Shown: positions 18,905 through 28,905 of the stretch, piece by piece
How positions within the stretch are numbered: the first letter of the stretch is position 1
Layout of the letters: each line of letters begins with the position of its first letter
DNA from: an uncultured Nitrososphaerota archaeon
GTDB lineage: Archaea; Thermoproteota; Nitrososphaeria; Nitrososphaerales; Gagatemarchaeaceae
Reading direction: 5' to 3'
NCBI GenBank assembly: GCA_963703285.1
Contig: OY969807.1
Coordinates: forward strand, 896,001-960,000
DNA length: 64,000 nt
Program-made: the position numbers and the translations under genes
Notes under the pieces: generated by a model
The model's input: the letters and a program-made list of their open reading frames with translations, nothing else
What the model was told of the DNA's origin: nothing
The model's database searches: none

Positions 18905-20779
18905 TCAAGATACCATGAAGTTGTCCGCGATGTGCAGCCTGCGCAGCATGGCGCTCTTCTTCTCCTTGTGGGAGGCCATGCGCCTCAGTATGTCGTCGAG
19001 GGCCTTCACGGCGTCCACGACGTGCGGACCCTTGTTCAGCATGACGCACTCCGCGCCCTCCGAGAAGGCTGCGTCAGTTATCTCGGCGCGGGACGGGACC
19101 CCCGTCTTGGTCAGCGACTCGAGCACCTGGGTCGCCCAGATGACGGGCAGCTGAGCTGCCTCGCTGAACCAGAGTATCTCTTCCTGGATCTCGGCCAGCC
19201 TCTCCCAACCGCATTCGACCGCCAGGTCGCCCCGGGCTATCATCACTCCAGACCTGCGCGAGTTCATCGCAGCGAAGAGGAGGCTCGGGAGGTTGTCAAA
19301 GGCCTGCTTGGTCTCGATCTTGAGGACAATTCCGAGGTTCTCCGCTTCGAGCTCCTTGAGCCGGGCCTGCAGGGCCAAGACGTCTCGCGGGTGGCGGACG
19401 AACGACTGGCCGACCAGGTCGGCGTTCTTGGCAATGAACTTGAGGGCGTCGTCGTCCTCCTTGGAGATCGCGGGGAGGCGCAGGTCGGTCTCGGGCAGGT
19501 TTATTCCCTTATCGGGTCCCAGCCTCGCCCCTTCTGGCGGCGCGGAGGAGATCTCGACCAGAGCTCCATCCTGGTCGACCTTGATGACAACGCCGCCTAT
19601 CCTGCCGTCGTCAAACCAGATGCTCTCCCCGGGTTTCACAGACGCTATGACCTGCGGCACGGTGCAAGAGATCCGTGCTGACCGTTCGATGGAGCCGTCA
19701 ACCCTGCGTGTCGCCGGTCGACCAAGCTCTGGGGAGCGCGGGATGAGTAGGCGGTCTCCCATCTTGAGCAACAGCGGCACCGACATCGGCGCCATCTCGC
19801 CGATCGAGCCAATCAGAAGCTCCTCATCATCCCCCCTCCTGAGCGTCACGGCCTGACCCGTCTCGAAGTAGGCGGTCTTTCGCAACTCCGCAGTGATGCT
19901 CGTCTCCCCGACATCGACAACCGTGAGGGACCTTCCCGCGTCGCGAGCGTCCCTGAATCTCAACCGGTCTCCGGGCTTGACCGTACCCCTTAGTCTTACT
20001 CTTGCCTCGAGAGGGATCAGCTCGCCAATCCGCTGACTCGATGCGCCCTCAGAGCCTGTGCTCAGGACGACTAGCGCGGGCGCGACGACGGCACCCGTCT
20101 GGGACCGGCCAGGGCGCACCTTCTTCACCTTTGGACCAGGCTCTATCGGTCCCGTCCTCAGCTTCGGGCCCGGTATGTCCATTATCAGCCGGCACTCGCG
20201 CCCCGTAGCCGACCTCGCTCGCTTCAGGTTCTCTATCATTCCCGTCCACGTCGGCGGGTCGTCGTGGGCGCAGTTGATCCTCATGAGGTTCATCCCTGCT
20301 GTCAGGAGGCCTTCGACCAGGCCGTAGTCGCGGGCTGCCTCGGTGGGCATGGTGACCATTATGCGGACCGTCCGGTGCTTCGGAGAGGCGCCCAAGAGCT
20401 CGTCTGCGTTCTTCTTCAGGAGGGTCCGCCCCGCCTCATAGCTCAAGGAAGCGGGTCTGCGTGCTGGGACCGGCCCGTGGACCAGCTCGGCCAGGATGCC
20501 CGCGACTTCGTCGACGGTGGCGAGGACGTGCGCCTCCGACCTTCCCAGCGAGGAGAGTCCGACTGACGCCAGTCTCTCCTGGAGGTTTCTCAGGTCGGCG
20601 CGCCTGAGGGCCATGTAGTGTGAGAGGTTTCGTGCGCTCTCGAGGTTGCCTGGTTTTACCTCCCCCACTCGAGGCAGCGTCTCTGACTCGAGCTTCAGCA
20701 TCGATGCCCTGAGTGCGGAGACCTGGGCGAGGAGGTCGCGATAGAGCGGCTCCCGCAGGGCAGGGTCAGCTGTGGACAA
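18905..20779 (-). CDS. pyk: Pyruvate kinase (long bacterial-like form)
   Basis: RINCAHD, GPKLRTG, KGINLP, KIET, IARGDL, ATQVLESL, RAE.TD. Confidence 0.93.
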   Translation of the reverse strand: MSTADPALREPLYRDLLAQVSALRASMLKLESETLPRVGEVKPGNLESARNLSHYMALRRADLRNLQERLASVGLSSLGRSEAHVLATVDEVAGILAELVHGPVPARRPASLSYEAGRTLLKKNADELLGASPKHRTVRIMVTMPTEAARDYGLVEGLLTAGMNLMRINCAHDDPPTWTGMIENLKRARSATGRECRLIMDIPGPKLRTGPIEPGPKVKKVRPGRSQTGAVVAPALVVLSTGSEGASSQRIGELIPLEARVRLRGTVKPGDRLRFRDARDAGRSLTVVDVGETSITAELRKTAYFETGQAVTLRRGDDEELLIGSIGEMAPMSVPLLLKMGDRLLIPRSPELGRPATRRVDGSIERSARISCTVPQVIASVKPGESIWFDDGRIGGVVIKVDQDGALVEISSAPPEGARLGPDKGINLPETDLRLPAISKEDDDALKFIAKNADLVGQSFVRHPRDVLALQARLKELEAENLGIVLKIETKQAFDNLPSLLFAAMNSRRSGVMIARGDLAVECGWERLAEIQEEILWFSEAAQLPVIWATQVLESLTKTGVPSRAEITDAAFSEGAECVMLNKGPHVVDAVKALDDILRRMASHKEKKSAMLRRLHIADNFMVS

Positions 20780-20996
20780 TCCGAGAAGTCACCCCGTTCC
20801 CGTGCTCGGTCTGTGCCAGCATCAGCTGCCCCCGACGAACCCTCGCTATATTAGCGGCTCGTATATGTTACTGGTTCGAGCGTGTTTCCATATGGCGGGG
20901 CTCTATGCAAGCTACATGGTTGGAAGGAGATGAGCCCGGAGCGATTTGATTTTAGAGTTTGCTTGGTAATCGGCCAGATAAGCCCGGTCCAATGGG

Positions 20997-21337
20997 TCAG
21001 TCCCGATATACGATTCGGTACATCATTGGCACAAGATCGTGAATGAGTTGTTAGGATGGCCTAAGAACTTGCCCCTGTCTTTTGAACTCCATGAAGTAGC
21101 CTCTACCCTTCTTCACACCGATTCGATCGCAAACAACAGTAGGAGAGAATACGGTCCAGCCTTGTCTTCTGAGTTCGTTTGCAATCCCTTCTTCATATTC
21201 CATTTGGGCATAGCGTCTCACTCTTTGTGCCTCGGAATCATGGGTTAAGCTGCGAGCGTGTATCTTCCGAAGCTCAGGATGTTTGATGTAGGAGTTCCTC
21301 CCTCGATTCTCTCCTTAGCAGTGAACTCGTGTCCCAT
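20997..21337 (-). pseudogene. Decayed PD-(D/E)xK nuclease (Hjc/VRR-NUC-like)
   Basis: Manual translation: YEEGIANELRRQGWTVFSPTVVCDRIGVKKGRGYFMEFKRQGQVLRPS*QLIHDLVP; internal TAA at 21051-53; frameshift near 21300. Confidence 0.65.
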
Positions 21338-21425
21338 CAACTTTGACTTGGCTTGCCGTTATAACCCCCAAGGAGTCTATCCCGCTTACCACTGTACCCT
21401 GCAAGGAATCTCTGGGACGAGATGA

Positions 21426-21547
21426 TGGGCCCGGCCGGATTTGAACCGGCGACCGACCGGTGTCTCCCGAACCTGGTATGAGCCGGTCGCTATGGTCGGT
21501 CGCTCTAACCGAACTTCCCGCTAGCTTTAGCTCTGAGCTACGGGCCC
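21426..21547 (-). tRNA. tRNA with CAU anticodon (probably Ile2), apparently with three introns
   Basis: GGGCCCG/CGGGCCC-A acceptor stem, GCCGG-TTCAAAT-CCGGC T arm, ACCGG-CTCATAA-CCGGT anticodon arm; 122 nt = 75 nt mature + inserts of 19, 13 and 15 nt. Confidence 0.85.
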
Positions 21548-21716
21548 TGTGCCATCAGGGGCGGAGACGACCGTTTTAAGTCGTTGCGAGACGCCCTCCC
21601 TCCCCCAAGATGCTTCTGCTACAGGGAGGCGTCACGGCAATACAGGTATGTTCTCTAGAGAATAGCAAGGTCGAATGTTGCTTCCCTGAGTTAAGGATGG
21701 GCCGGGGGAGACTCGC

Positions 21717-22022
21717 ATGTCGAACCAAGGGATGCAGGAGGTTGCCAAGATCCTGCTACTGGTCGGGGGCGTGATAGCGCTCGTCGGAGGGGTTCTGGGC
21801 CTTGTCGGAGGATTCGTCACTGCCGGCCCGGTCTTGGCCCTCGTAGTCGGGATCATCTCTCTGTTGTACTACGGACACCTCGGGTCAGGGGGAGTCGTCG
21901 TGGTTCTCCTTATCCTTGGTCTGCTGCTCGCATTCCTGACCGGAGGAATAGCGAGCGTAGGGGGCATCCTGGTCGGCGTGGGCGCGCTCGTCGCTCTGGT
22001 CGTCCGCGACTTCAGGATCTGA
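21717..22022 (+). CDS. Small Gly-rich membrane protein
   Basis: About four hydrophobic Gly/Leu/Val helices. Confidence 0.7.
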   Translation: MSNQGMQEVAKILLLVGGVIALVGGVLGLVGGFVTAGPVLALVVGIISLLYYGHLGSGGVVVVLLILGLLLAFLTGGIASVGGILVGVGALVALVVRDFRI

Positions 22023-22099
22023 TCCTGTGCTTCTGGTTTCGAGGAGACTCTAGGCAGCGAGACTAGCAGAAGCCAAATACCGCGGACTGTTCTTAGTGC

Positions 22100-22354
22100 C
22101 TAGCCTTCCCTCGTCGTGCTCTTTACGCTCTTCACTTTCTTGAAGTCGCTGACATCTATTCCGTACTTCTTGGCCGCCGCGAGTATTCGGCGTCTGGCCG
22201 TGGCGGGATGACAGAACTTCGATTCGACCTGGTTGAACCTCGCCATGGCATTACGCACGTGCGCGGCATCGTTTATGGGAAGCTTGCGGTCCCTCGGGCA
22301 GGCGAACGACTGGCTCTCGAGCCTGTTCCTCTTCTTCGTAGTCAGGTCAGCCAT
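22100..22354 (-). CDS. Small basic protein, DUF6582-like
   Basis: SFA.PR.RKLPINDAAHVRNAMARFNQV...AAAKKYGIDV pattern. Confidence 0.7.
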   Translation of the reverse strand: MADLTTKKRNRLESQSFACPRDRKLPINDAAHVRNAMARFNQVESKFCHPATARRRILAAAKKYGIDVSDFKKVKSVKSTTREG

Positions 22355-22460
22355 GTTGATGTATCAGCGTCCGGGGACAAAGTAGTTGTGCATGACTCTT
22401 CTGATGGAGCGAGTCGGGCCCCGAAGGCTCTTGACCAACCCCTAAGCCTAAATATTATAT

Positions 22461-22784
22461 GTGAAGGGCCCCAAAGTAGTAGCAGTGAGCAGCAGAGACC
22501 CCGAAGAGGGATTCGACGACATCCTGGCCGAACTCGACAAGGAAGAAGCGCGAATCAGGGTAAGGATGGAGATGAGGAGGTTCGGGAAGCCCACGACCGT
22601 CGTCGAGGGGCTCAAGATGAGCGAGAAGGACCTGCAGGAGCTTGGCACGAGGATGAAGAAGATACTCGCCACCGGGGGCACGGTGAAGGACGGGGTGATA
22701 ATCCTGCAGGGAGACCACAGGGATCGTTCCGTCGAGATACTCGTGAAGCAGGGTTTCTCCGAGAGCTCGATCGAAGTCATCTAA
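22461..22784 (+). CDS. Translation initiation factor SUI1/aIF1
   Basis: RRFGKPTTVVEGL, LATGGTVKDG.IILQGDHR. Confidence 0.93.
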   Translation: MKGPKVVAVSSRDPEEGFDDILAELDKEEARIRVRMEMRRFGKPTTVVEGLKMSEKDLQELGTRMKKILATGGTVKDGVIILQGDHRDRSVEILVKQGFSESSIEVI

Positions 22785-22840
22785 AGCGGGAGCGCGCACC
22801 GCGGCGCTAGGAGGCGCGTCATGCCCGGCACCCTTAATTC

Positions 22841-23737
22841 ATGAGGCTCGAAGAGGAGGCTCTGTCAGGCATGACCGGAATCTTCGACTACATCTTGGTG
22901 ATGCTCCTGGTCTCGGTCGTCGCCGGGCTCATCGGCTCGCTGGTCGGGATAGGCGGAGGCATACTCGTGGTTCCCGCCCTCACGCTCCTCTTTGGCGTCC
23001 CGATCCAGTACGCGATCGGGGCCAGCATCGTCTCGGTGATAGCAACCTCGAGCGGGTCGGCCTCGGCCTACGTCCGCGACCACCTCACCAACCTCCGAAT
23101 AGGCATGTTCCTCGAGATAGGATCCACGGTTGGGGCGATTGTGGGCGCGGTAGCCAGCATAGCCCTTGTCAGGAGCGGCTACTCGTGGGTCGTCTTCCTC
23201 ACGTTCGGAGCTCTCCTAATGGTCTCCGCCTACAGCACGGCGATTAGGATCAGGAACGAGTGGAGGAGGGGCGCCGAGGTGGTCAACCACACGCCTAACA
23301 GGATCTCTGAGAGGCTAAGGTTGACTGGAGACTACTACGACTCGGCCACAAGGACGAGGGTGACGTACATAGCCGACAAGGTCTTCCCGGCCTTCGGGGT
23401 GATGTTCACAGCGGGAATCCTCTCCGCCCTGCTTGGTGTCGGGGGCGGTATACTCAAGGTCGTGGGATTGGACAGTTTCATGAAGCTCCCGTTCAAGGTG
23501 TCCACGACCACGAGCAACTTCATGATAGGCGTGACCGCGGCCGCCAGCACGGCCATTTACTATATCGGCGGCTTCGTGAACCCGGTGCTCGCTGCCCCAG
23601 TCGCGCTGGGGGTCGTCGCAGGATCCTACGTCGGAACCAAGATTCTAGTCCGCACGAAGGCGAGCGCGCTCCGCTGGGTCTTCATAGTCGCACTGGTGAT
23701 CATCGGCGTCGAGATGATTCACGAGGGCCTGCCTTGA
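22841..23737 (+). CDS. TauE/SafE-family exporter
   Basis: GIGGG..VP, SVIATSSGSA, GVGGG..K, STTTSNFMIGVTAAAS. Confidence 0.88.
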   Translation: MRLEEEALSGMTGIFDYILVMLLVSVVAGLIGSLVGIGGGILVVPALTLLFGVPIQYAIGASIVSVIATSSGSASAYVRDHLTNLRIGMFLEIGSTVGAIVGAVASIALVRSGYSWVVFLTFGALLMVSAYSTAIRIRNEWRRGAEVVNHTPNRISERLRLTGDYYDSATRTRVTYIADKVFPAFGVMFTAGILSALLGVGGGILKVVGLDSFMKLPFKVSTTTSNFMIGVTAAASTAIYYIGGFVNPVLAAPVALGVVAGSYVGTKILVRTKASALRWVFIVALVIIGVEMIHEGLP

Positions 23738-24144
23738 GCGCTGGCGCTGACACTCCCAAGGGGGACATGAATGCGATAATAAGCGGGGTGCTTCTGTATG
23801 GGGTCATCGTCAGCACGATTCTGGTGCTGGCAGGCGTGGTAATCCTCTTCGTGAGCACCCCGCAGTCATTTCCCGGCACCCTCGGGCAGCTGACCTCATC
23901 AAACTACGGAAAACCGACACTGGATCTGTCGCAGCTGCTGAGCGGGGTGGCGGCCGCGAACCCAATCTACATGATCCAGCTTGGGCTCATAGTGCTCCTT
24001 GCGACGCCCGTCGCAAGAGTCGCGGCTTCGGTAATCATGTTCGCCGTGGAGAGGGATAGGACGTATGTCGTCATCACCCTCGTCGTGCTGGGCGTGCTTC
24101 TCTTTGGACTGTTTGTTATCGGACCCATCGAAGCGGCGGCCTAG
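23734..24144 (+). CDS. DUF1634-like membrane protein
   Basis: IQLGLIVLLATPVARV..ERDR.YV; common TauE partner. Confidence 0.8.
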   Translation: MSAGADTPKGDMNAIISGVLLYGVIVSTILVLAGVVILFVSTPQSFPGTLGQLTSSNYGKPTLDLSQLLSGVAAANPIYMIQLGLIVLLATPVARVAASVIMFAVERDRTYVVITLVVLGVLLFGLFVIGPIEAAA

Positions 24145-24170
24145 GGAGGCCGGTCCTCAAGCGAGCGCAG

Positions 24171-24641
24171 TCATCTGACTATCATGACAGAGCATGGGGC
24201 GTGCGAGACTACGCCCGTCGAGACGCTTCCGAGGAGGAGCTTCTTGAAGCCTCCGAGCCCCCTTGTGCCCATTACGATGAGGTCGACGTCCTCCTTCTCC
24301 GCGTACTCGATGATCGCGCCGACGGTAGAAGAGACGGGCTCAATCACCTCGCCCCTCGCGTCGACGCCCTGGTCCTTCGCCAGCGCGACGGCTGACTCCA
24401 CAGCGCGCTTGGACTCCGCGCTCCCGAGCTGATAGTACTCCGTCAGATCAGCCGGCGCCCCCGCCGGTCCGGTGAACGAGAAACCGGGAGCCGCGACGAC
24501 GCTGAGGACCAGGGCCTTCGCGCCGTAGGTCTTTGCTAGCTCGAAAGCGACCTTCGCCGACCTCTCTGCGGACTCGGAACCGTCGACCGGGACGAGTATC
24601 GTCCTTATCAGCGTCCCGTCCGTCTTGGTGCTGGCCTGCAT
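24171..24641 (-). CDS. Universal stress protein (UspA family)
   Basis: ILVPVDGS, DLIVMGTRG..LLGSVS..HAPCSV. Confidence 0.95.
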   Translation of the reverse strand: MQASTKTDGTLIRTILVPVDGSESAERSAKVAFELAKTYGAKALVLSVVAAPGFSFTGPAGAPADLTEYYQLGSAESKRAVESAVALAKDQGVDARGEVIEPVSSTVGAIIEYAEKEDVDLIVMGTRGLGGFKKLLLGSVSTGVVSHAPCSVMIVR

Positions 24642-24769
24642 CTTGGGTTCGAGGTGGGGCGCCTGTCGGACGTATTTAAGCGAAGACGACCCGCACGCGA
24701 AATCGCTCCGGTCCGCTGGCCCGCCGGCAAGGCGCTGGCGCGTCCCGGTCCCCGGTCAGGGAAGCGTTG

Positions 24770-26305
24770 CTACCCTGCGATTGGCTGGGGGGAGCTCATC
24801 GCCTGCGCCTCTGCCGAATCCGAGCGGGTGGGTTCCCGCGCCGGGGGCTGAAGGTGCCTGCTGAGGTTCATCGACTTCAACGTGAAGATGCCGAATCCGA
24901 CCAAAGATACAGAGAGGAACCACACGCCATCAAAGAAGACCTCGACCGCCAGGAGGATCGCAGCGACCGCCAGCACGCCCTCGACGATCGCGTTCTTGTC
25001 GTTCGTGAGGTGGCGGAAGTACCCCTTCTTCGTCGCCTCCCCCGAACCGCCATGAGGGGTCCTGTAGGGGAAGAAGCCCGTCCGATTGAATATTCCGTAG
25101 AAGAACGCGACCGACCCAAGACTCAGCATGGCGCCCGTCGCGTAACCTAGCAAGGGGATCATGACGACGTTTCGGACCGTCATCAGGCCCTGCACCCAAA
25201 GTGCCCAGATTCCCGAGGCCATGGATATCGCGAAGGGGACGGCGACGAAGCCGATGTAGAACGGGTTGTTGAAAATCGAGTATGCGGGCTGGACCACGCC
25301 GAGGATCACCGCGATTGCGGAGAGGAAGGTCACCAGAATCCAGCTGAAGCCGGAGAACGGACCGAGCAGCATCAGCAGCAGCCCGGCCTTCGTCCTCGTG
25401 CTGACGTTCCGGGCCGTAAGGATGCTCCTCCAGTACTTTGCGATGCACCTCCACCAGCCTTGGGAGGTCCTCGCGACCTGCTTCTTCCAGGCCTCGAGGG
25501 TGGACGGGTCCTCGCTCATTATCTTGACACTGCTTAGATAGATCCCGCGCTTTCCTGCGAGGTACATCTTGATGGAGACGTCCCCGTCGTCGGCGATCCT
25601 CTCGTTGGACCACTGTCCCACACCCCTGAGGTCCTTGGACCTCACCAGGGCGAACCCTCCCTGGAATGAGAAGGGCACGTCAATCCGGTAGGCGCCCATC
25701 TTGGAGAGCGTGTCTCCGATGTCCTGGTAGAGAGCGAAGAGGCGCGTTATCAGGTTGTAGTTCCTGTTGTAGTGCCCGTACCTGAACGAGACGAAGGAGG
25801 CCCGCGGGTGGCTCTCCATCGCGTCGATGCCCTTGTTGAGGACGTCAGGGGGTACGATGGAGTCGGCGTCGAGGAGGAGCACGAAGTCGCCTGCGACCTG
25901 ATCCATGGCCTTGTTCAGCGCACCGCATTTGAAGTTCTCCCGGCTCGTCCGTCTCGAGACGACGGCTCTGATCCCGAATTCGTTCAGCTCTCGCACCTTC
26001 TCGTCGACTATCCCGACCGTCTGGTCGTTGGAGTCGTCGGCTATCACAACCTGGAGCCTATCGTGGGGGTAGTCGATGTTCTTCAGCGCATCGAGGGAGC
26101 GCGCTATGACGTACCTCTCGTTGTAGGACGCGATCAGGACGGAGACCATCGGGTGGTCCAAAAGCATTACGGCCCGGGTTTCGAGGTCTCTGGGGTATTT
26201 GGTCGAGGTTCCTAGGAGAAGAAGCCAGTAGTACTCCAAGCCCAACACTGGGACGGTGATGACGAGCGTGAGAATCTCGATGAGGAACCAGATCTGGATT
26301 GTCAA
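24770..26305 (-). CDS. Processive-type GT2 glycosyltransferase (cellulose-synthase-like) with TM helices
   Basis: ADDSND, KCGALN, DADS, IADD and QVART (variant QxxRW). Confidence 0.88.
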   Translation of the reverse strand: MTIQIWFLIEILTLVITVPVLGLEYYWLLLLGTSTKYPRDLETRAVMLLDHPMVSVLIASYNERYVIARSLDALKNIDYPHDRLQVVIADDSNDQTVGIVDEKVRELNEFGIRAVVSRRTSRENFKCGALNKAMDQVAGDFVLLLDADSIVPPDVLNKGIDAMESHPRASFVSFRYGHYNRNYNLITRLFALYQDIGDTLSKMGAYRIDVPFSFQGGFALVRSKDLRGVGQWSNERIADDGDVSIKMYLAGKRGIYLSSVKIMSEDPSTLEAWKKQVARTSQGWWRCIAKYWRSILTARNVSTRTKAGLLLMLLGPFSGFSWILVTFLSAIAVILGVVQPAYSIFNNPFYIGFVAVPFAISMASGIWALWVQGLMTVRNVVMIPLLGYATGAMLSLGSVAFFYGIFNRTGFFPYRTPHGGSGEATKKGYFRHLTNDKNAIVEGVLAVAAILLAVEVFFDGVWFLSVSLVGFGIFTLKSMNLSRHLQPPAREPTRSDSAEAQAMSSPQPIAG

Positions 26306-26590
26306 TTGTCCGACGCCCCGTCGGTGACACTCCAGTCTTTGGGGTAGTTATGTAAGCCTTTGCTCGGTTTCCTAGTTACTTTTGGAGCATTCGCCCAGGT
26401 TTCAATGAGTTTTCAGCCAGCCGCCAGAGACGTCGCGCCCCTTGGCCAAGCCTTCGGGCAAAACACCCGGAATCAATCTATCTTCCCCAGCTGGGAAGAG
26501 GCCTGCAGCACCCGTCCACCCAACAGAGATATAGCCGCTCCAGGGGCGGTCTCCAGTAGACAGGGCTAGCGTCATCAGAGTATAGTCGAA

Positions 26591-27769
26591 ATGGTCCCAC
26601 GTAGAGTTTACTTCGCCGTCTTCGGGTCTGGGCTCGGACACGTCAGCCGTATCCTCGACCTAGCGACGCTCCTTGAGCGGCAGGGGGACGAGTTCCGGTT
26701 CTCGTGCTCAGACCAAGCGCTAGGATACCTCAGGATGAGCGGGAGGGGCGGTGACGCGATAAAATGCCCCTCCCTCGACGTCGAGTGGACAGAGGCTGGC
26801 AGCGTCTCCTCGAAGGACTTCATCCCGAGGTTCCCGTTCATGTTCAACACCTTCCTCCGACAGGTCGCCTTCGAGCGTGAGAACATTGAAAGGTTCGACC
26901 CGGGGGTCGTGGTCTCCGACTCGAGACTCTCTCCGATCCTCGCCGCGAGGGCGAAGTCCTATCCAGTGATCACGATGCTGAACCAGTTCAAGGTGAGCTT
27001 TCCCCCCAGGTTCGGTGGGAACCAGATGGGGAGGTTCTACGAAAGGGTCGCGGGGGATGTACTCGGCCTCCTCTGGTCCCTGAGCGACGAGGTCCTGATG
27101 ACGGACCTCCCTCCGCCTTACACCATCGGTGAGGCGAACCTCGCGGGTACCGACGTCTCGAGAATCGTGAAGTACGTCGGTTTCACATCCCCGGATACGC
27201 CGCCCGACCCCGAGAAAATCAGATCGGTCAGGTCGGCCCTCGACATCGACGACAGGCCTCTCGCGTTCTTCCAGATCAGCGGACCAGACGTCACCAAGAG
27301 GAGCTTCGTGAACACGGTCATCCAGTCGAGCGACGAGTTGGCGCGCAGGTACAACATCGTCATCTCGATGGGTTTCCCCAGCGGCTCGGGAGAGCCGCGC
27401 AGGCTCGCGAACGGGTCCTGGGTCTACGACTGGTGTCCCGTCAAGGATGAGCTCTTCGAGCTGTCGAGCCTGGTCGTGGCGAGGGCTGGCCACAGGACCA
27501 TAGGCCAGTGCATAGATGCGGGCAAGCCGGCGGTCCTCGTACCGATACACAACCACTCGGAACAGATCGGAAACTCAAACAAGTTCAGCGAACTCGGGCT
27601 GGGGATCAGCATACGCTCGGAGAGGCTGACGGTCCAGAGCCTGACAGAGTCTGTCGAGACCTGCCTCACCGATCCGAGCTACAGCGACAACGTCGAAAAG
27701 CTGAGGCGCATATCCAAGAGGTACAACGGAATCCAGCGGTGCGCCGAGGTCGTGGACTCCTACCTCTAA
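26591..27769 (+). CDS. GT-B glycosyltransferase (GT28/MJ1255-like)
   Basis: GSGLGHVSR, RAGHRTIG, EQIGN. Confidence 0.85.
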   Translation: MVPRRVYFAVFGSGLGHVSRILDLATLLERQGDEFRFSCSDQALGYLRMSGRGGDAIKCPSLDVEWTEAGSVSSKDFIPRFPFMFNTFLRQVAFERENIERFDPGVVVSDSRLSPILAARAKSYPVITMLNQFKVSFPPRFGGNQMGRFYERVAGDVLGLLWSLSDEVLMTDLPPPYTIGEANLAGTDVSRIVKYVGFTSPDTPPDPEKIRSVRSALDIDDRPLAFFQISGPDVTKRSFVNTVIQSSDELARRYNIVISMGFPSGSGEPRRLANGSWVYDWCPVKDELFELSSLVVARAGHRTIGQCIDAGKPAVLVPIHNHSEQIGNSNKFSELGLGISIRSERLTVQSLTESVETCLTDPSYSDNVEKLRRISKRYNGIQRCAEVVDSYL

Positions 27770-27792
27770 ACGCGTGCCGCCCAGCCCCAGGG

Positions 27793-28830
27793 TCAGATGT
27801 TGTAGATGACCTTGCTTCCCTCGAAGTCGAATTTGAACCTGAATTCGACGAGGCCTTCCTTCGAGAGTGCAGCCCTGACCTTCTGCCTCCCCTCTTCGCA
27901 GTAGAGCATGAGGAAACCCCCGCCGCCGGCTCCCACTAGCTTCCCGCCGAGAGCGCCGTTTTGCCTAGCGGTCGAGTACCAAGAGTCGATGGCGTCGCTC
28001 GAGATGCTGCTCGTAACGTCGCGCTTTATCGACCAGTGCTCGTGGAGCAGCTCTCCGAACCTCCTAAGGTCGCCAGACTCGAGGCTCTTCTTGCTCTCGA
28101 CCCCTATGGCCTTGATCCGGTGCATCTTCTCGACGGCGTCTCCGCTCTGGGATACCATCTCCTGCTGCTTGCCCAGGATGTCGCTCGCACGCCTCGTGAT
28201 CCCTGTGTAGAACATCATGATGCCGAACTCGAGCTCGGCGAGCGTGTCGTCGGCTATGCGAAGATCCCTGGCGGTGACCCTGCCGCTCCTGTCGATTTCG
28301 TAGTACTTGAGCCCCCCCAGGCTTGCGACGTACTCGTCCTGCTTACCGGATGGCTCGTGGAGCCGGTTCTGGGCTATGTCGCATGACTCTTCTGCGATCT
28401 CTTCGGGCGTCTTCACTATCCGCTCGTGCGCGTAGAGGGCGTTCAGCAGCCCCACAGTGAAGCTGCCCGACGAGCCGAGGCCCGTCGCCGCAGGGACGTC
28501 GGCCAACGAGACTATCTCTATCCTGCCCTTGAAGTTCAGCATCTTCAGGGCCTCCCGGACCAGGGGGTGCCTGATCGACTCCGGAACGTCGACTATCTCG
28601 GTCTGCGAGTAGCTCACCCTTATGCCCGGCTCGAAGCGGTCGTTGAGCACGATGTGCATGTATTTGGCGACAGCCCCGGAGAGGAAGAACCCCCCGTGTT
28701 CCTTGTAGTAGGCGGGAAGGTCCGTTCCTCCTCCGCCGAGAGGCAGTCTGAAGGGCGTCCTAGAGACGATCAATTGTGACCGGTTCGCTCCACACCTGCG
28801 CTCCGGTGCCTGGATATAACACATAGCCAT
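27793..28830 (-). CDS. hddA: GHMP sugar kinase, HddA-like (heptose-7-phosphate kinase)
   Basis: RTPFRL.LGGGGTD, GLGSSG, GKQD, GKLVGAGGGG; likely start is TTG near 28775. Confidence 0.8.
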   Translation of the reverse strand: MAMCYIQAPERRCGANRSQLIVSRTPFRLPLGGGGTDLPAYYKEHGGFFLSGAVAKYMHIVLNDRFEPGIRVSYSQTEIVDVPESIRHPLVREALKMLNFKGRIEIVSLADVPAATGLGSSGSFTVGLLNALYAHERIVKTPEEIAEESCDIAQNRLHEPSGKQDEYVASLGGLKYYEIDRSGRVTARDLRIADDTLAELEFGIMMFYTGITRRASDILGKQQEMVSQSGDAVEKMHRIKAIGVESKKSLESGDLRRFGELLHEHWSIKRDVTSSISSDAIDSWYSTARQNGALGGKLVGAGGGGFLMLYCEEGRQKVRAALSKEGLVEFRFKFDFEGSKVIYNI

Positions 28831-28905
28831 GTGTGGTCCGGCCTCGCAGGGGTGCCCTTCGCTGGCAAAGGTAATTAACGAACCCGGTGGGAGCGGGAAT
28901 CAGGC

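Noticed and set aside
21051-21053. Stop-codon recoding (Sec/Pyl) in the nuclease remnant
   Set aside because: The stop is TAA and comes with a frameshift, which is consistent with simple decay.
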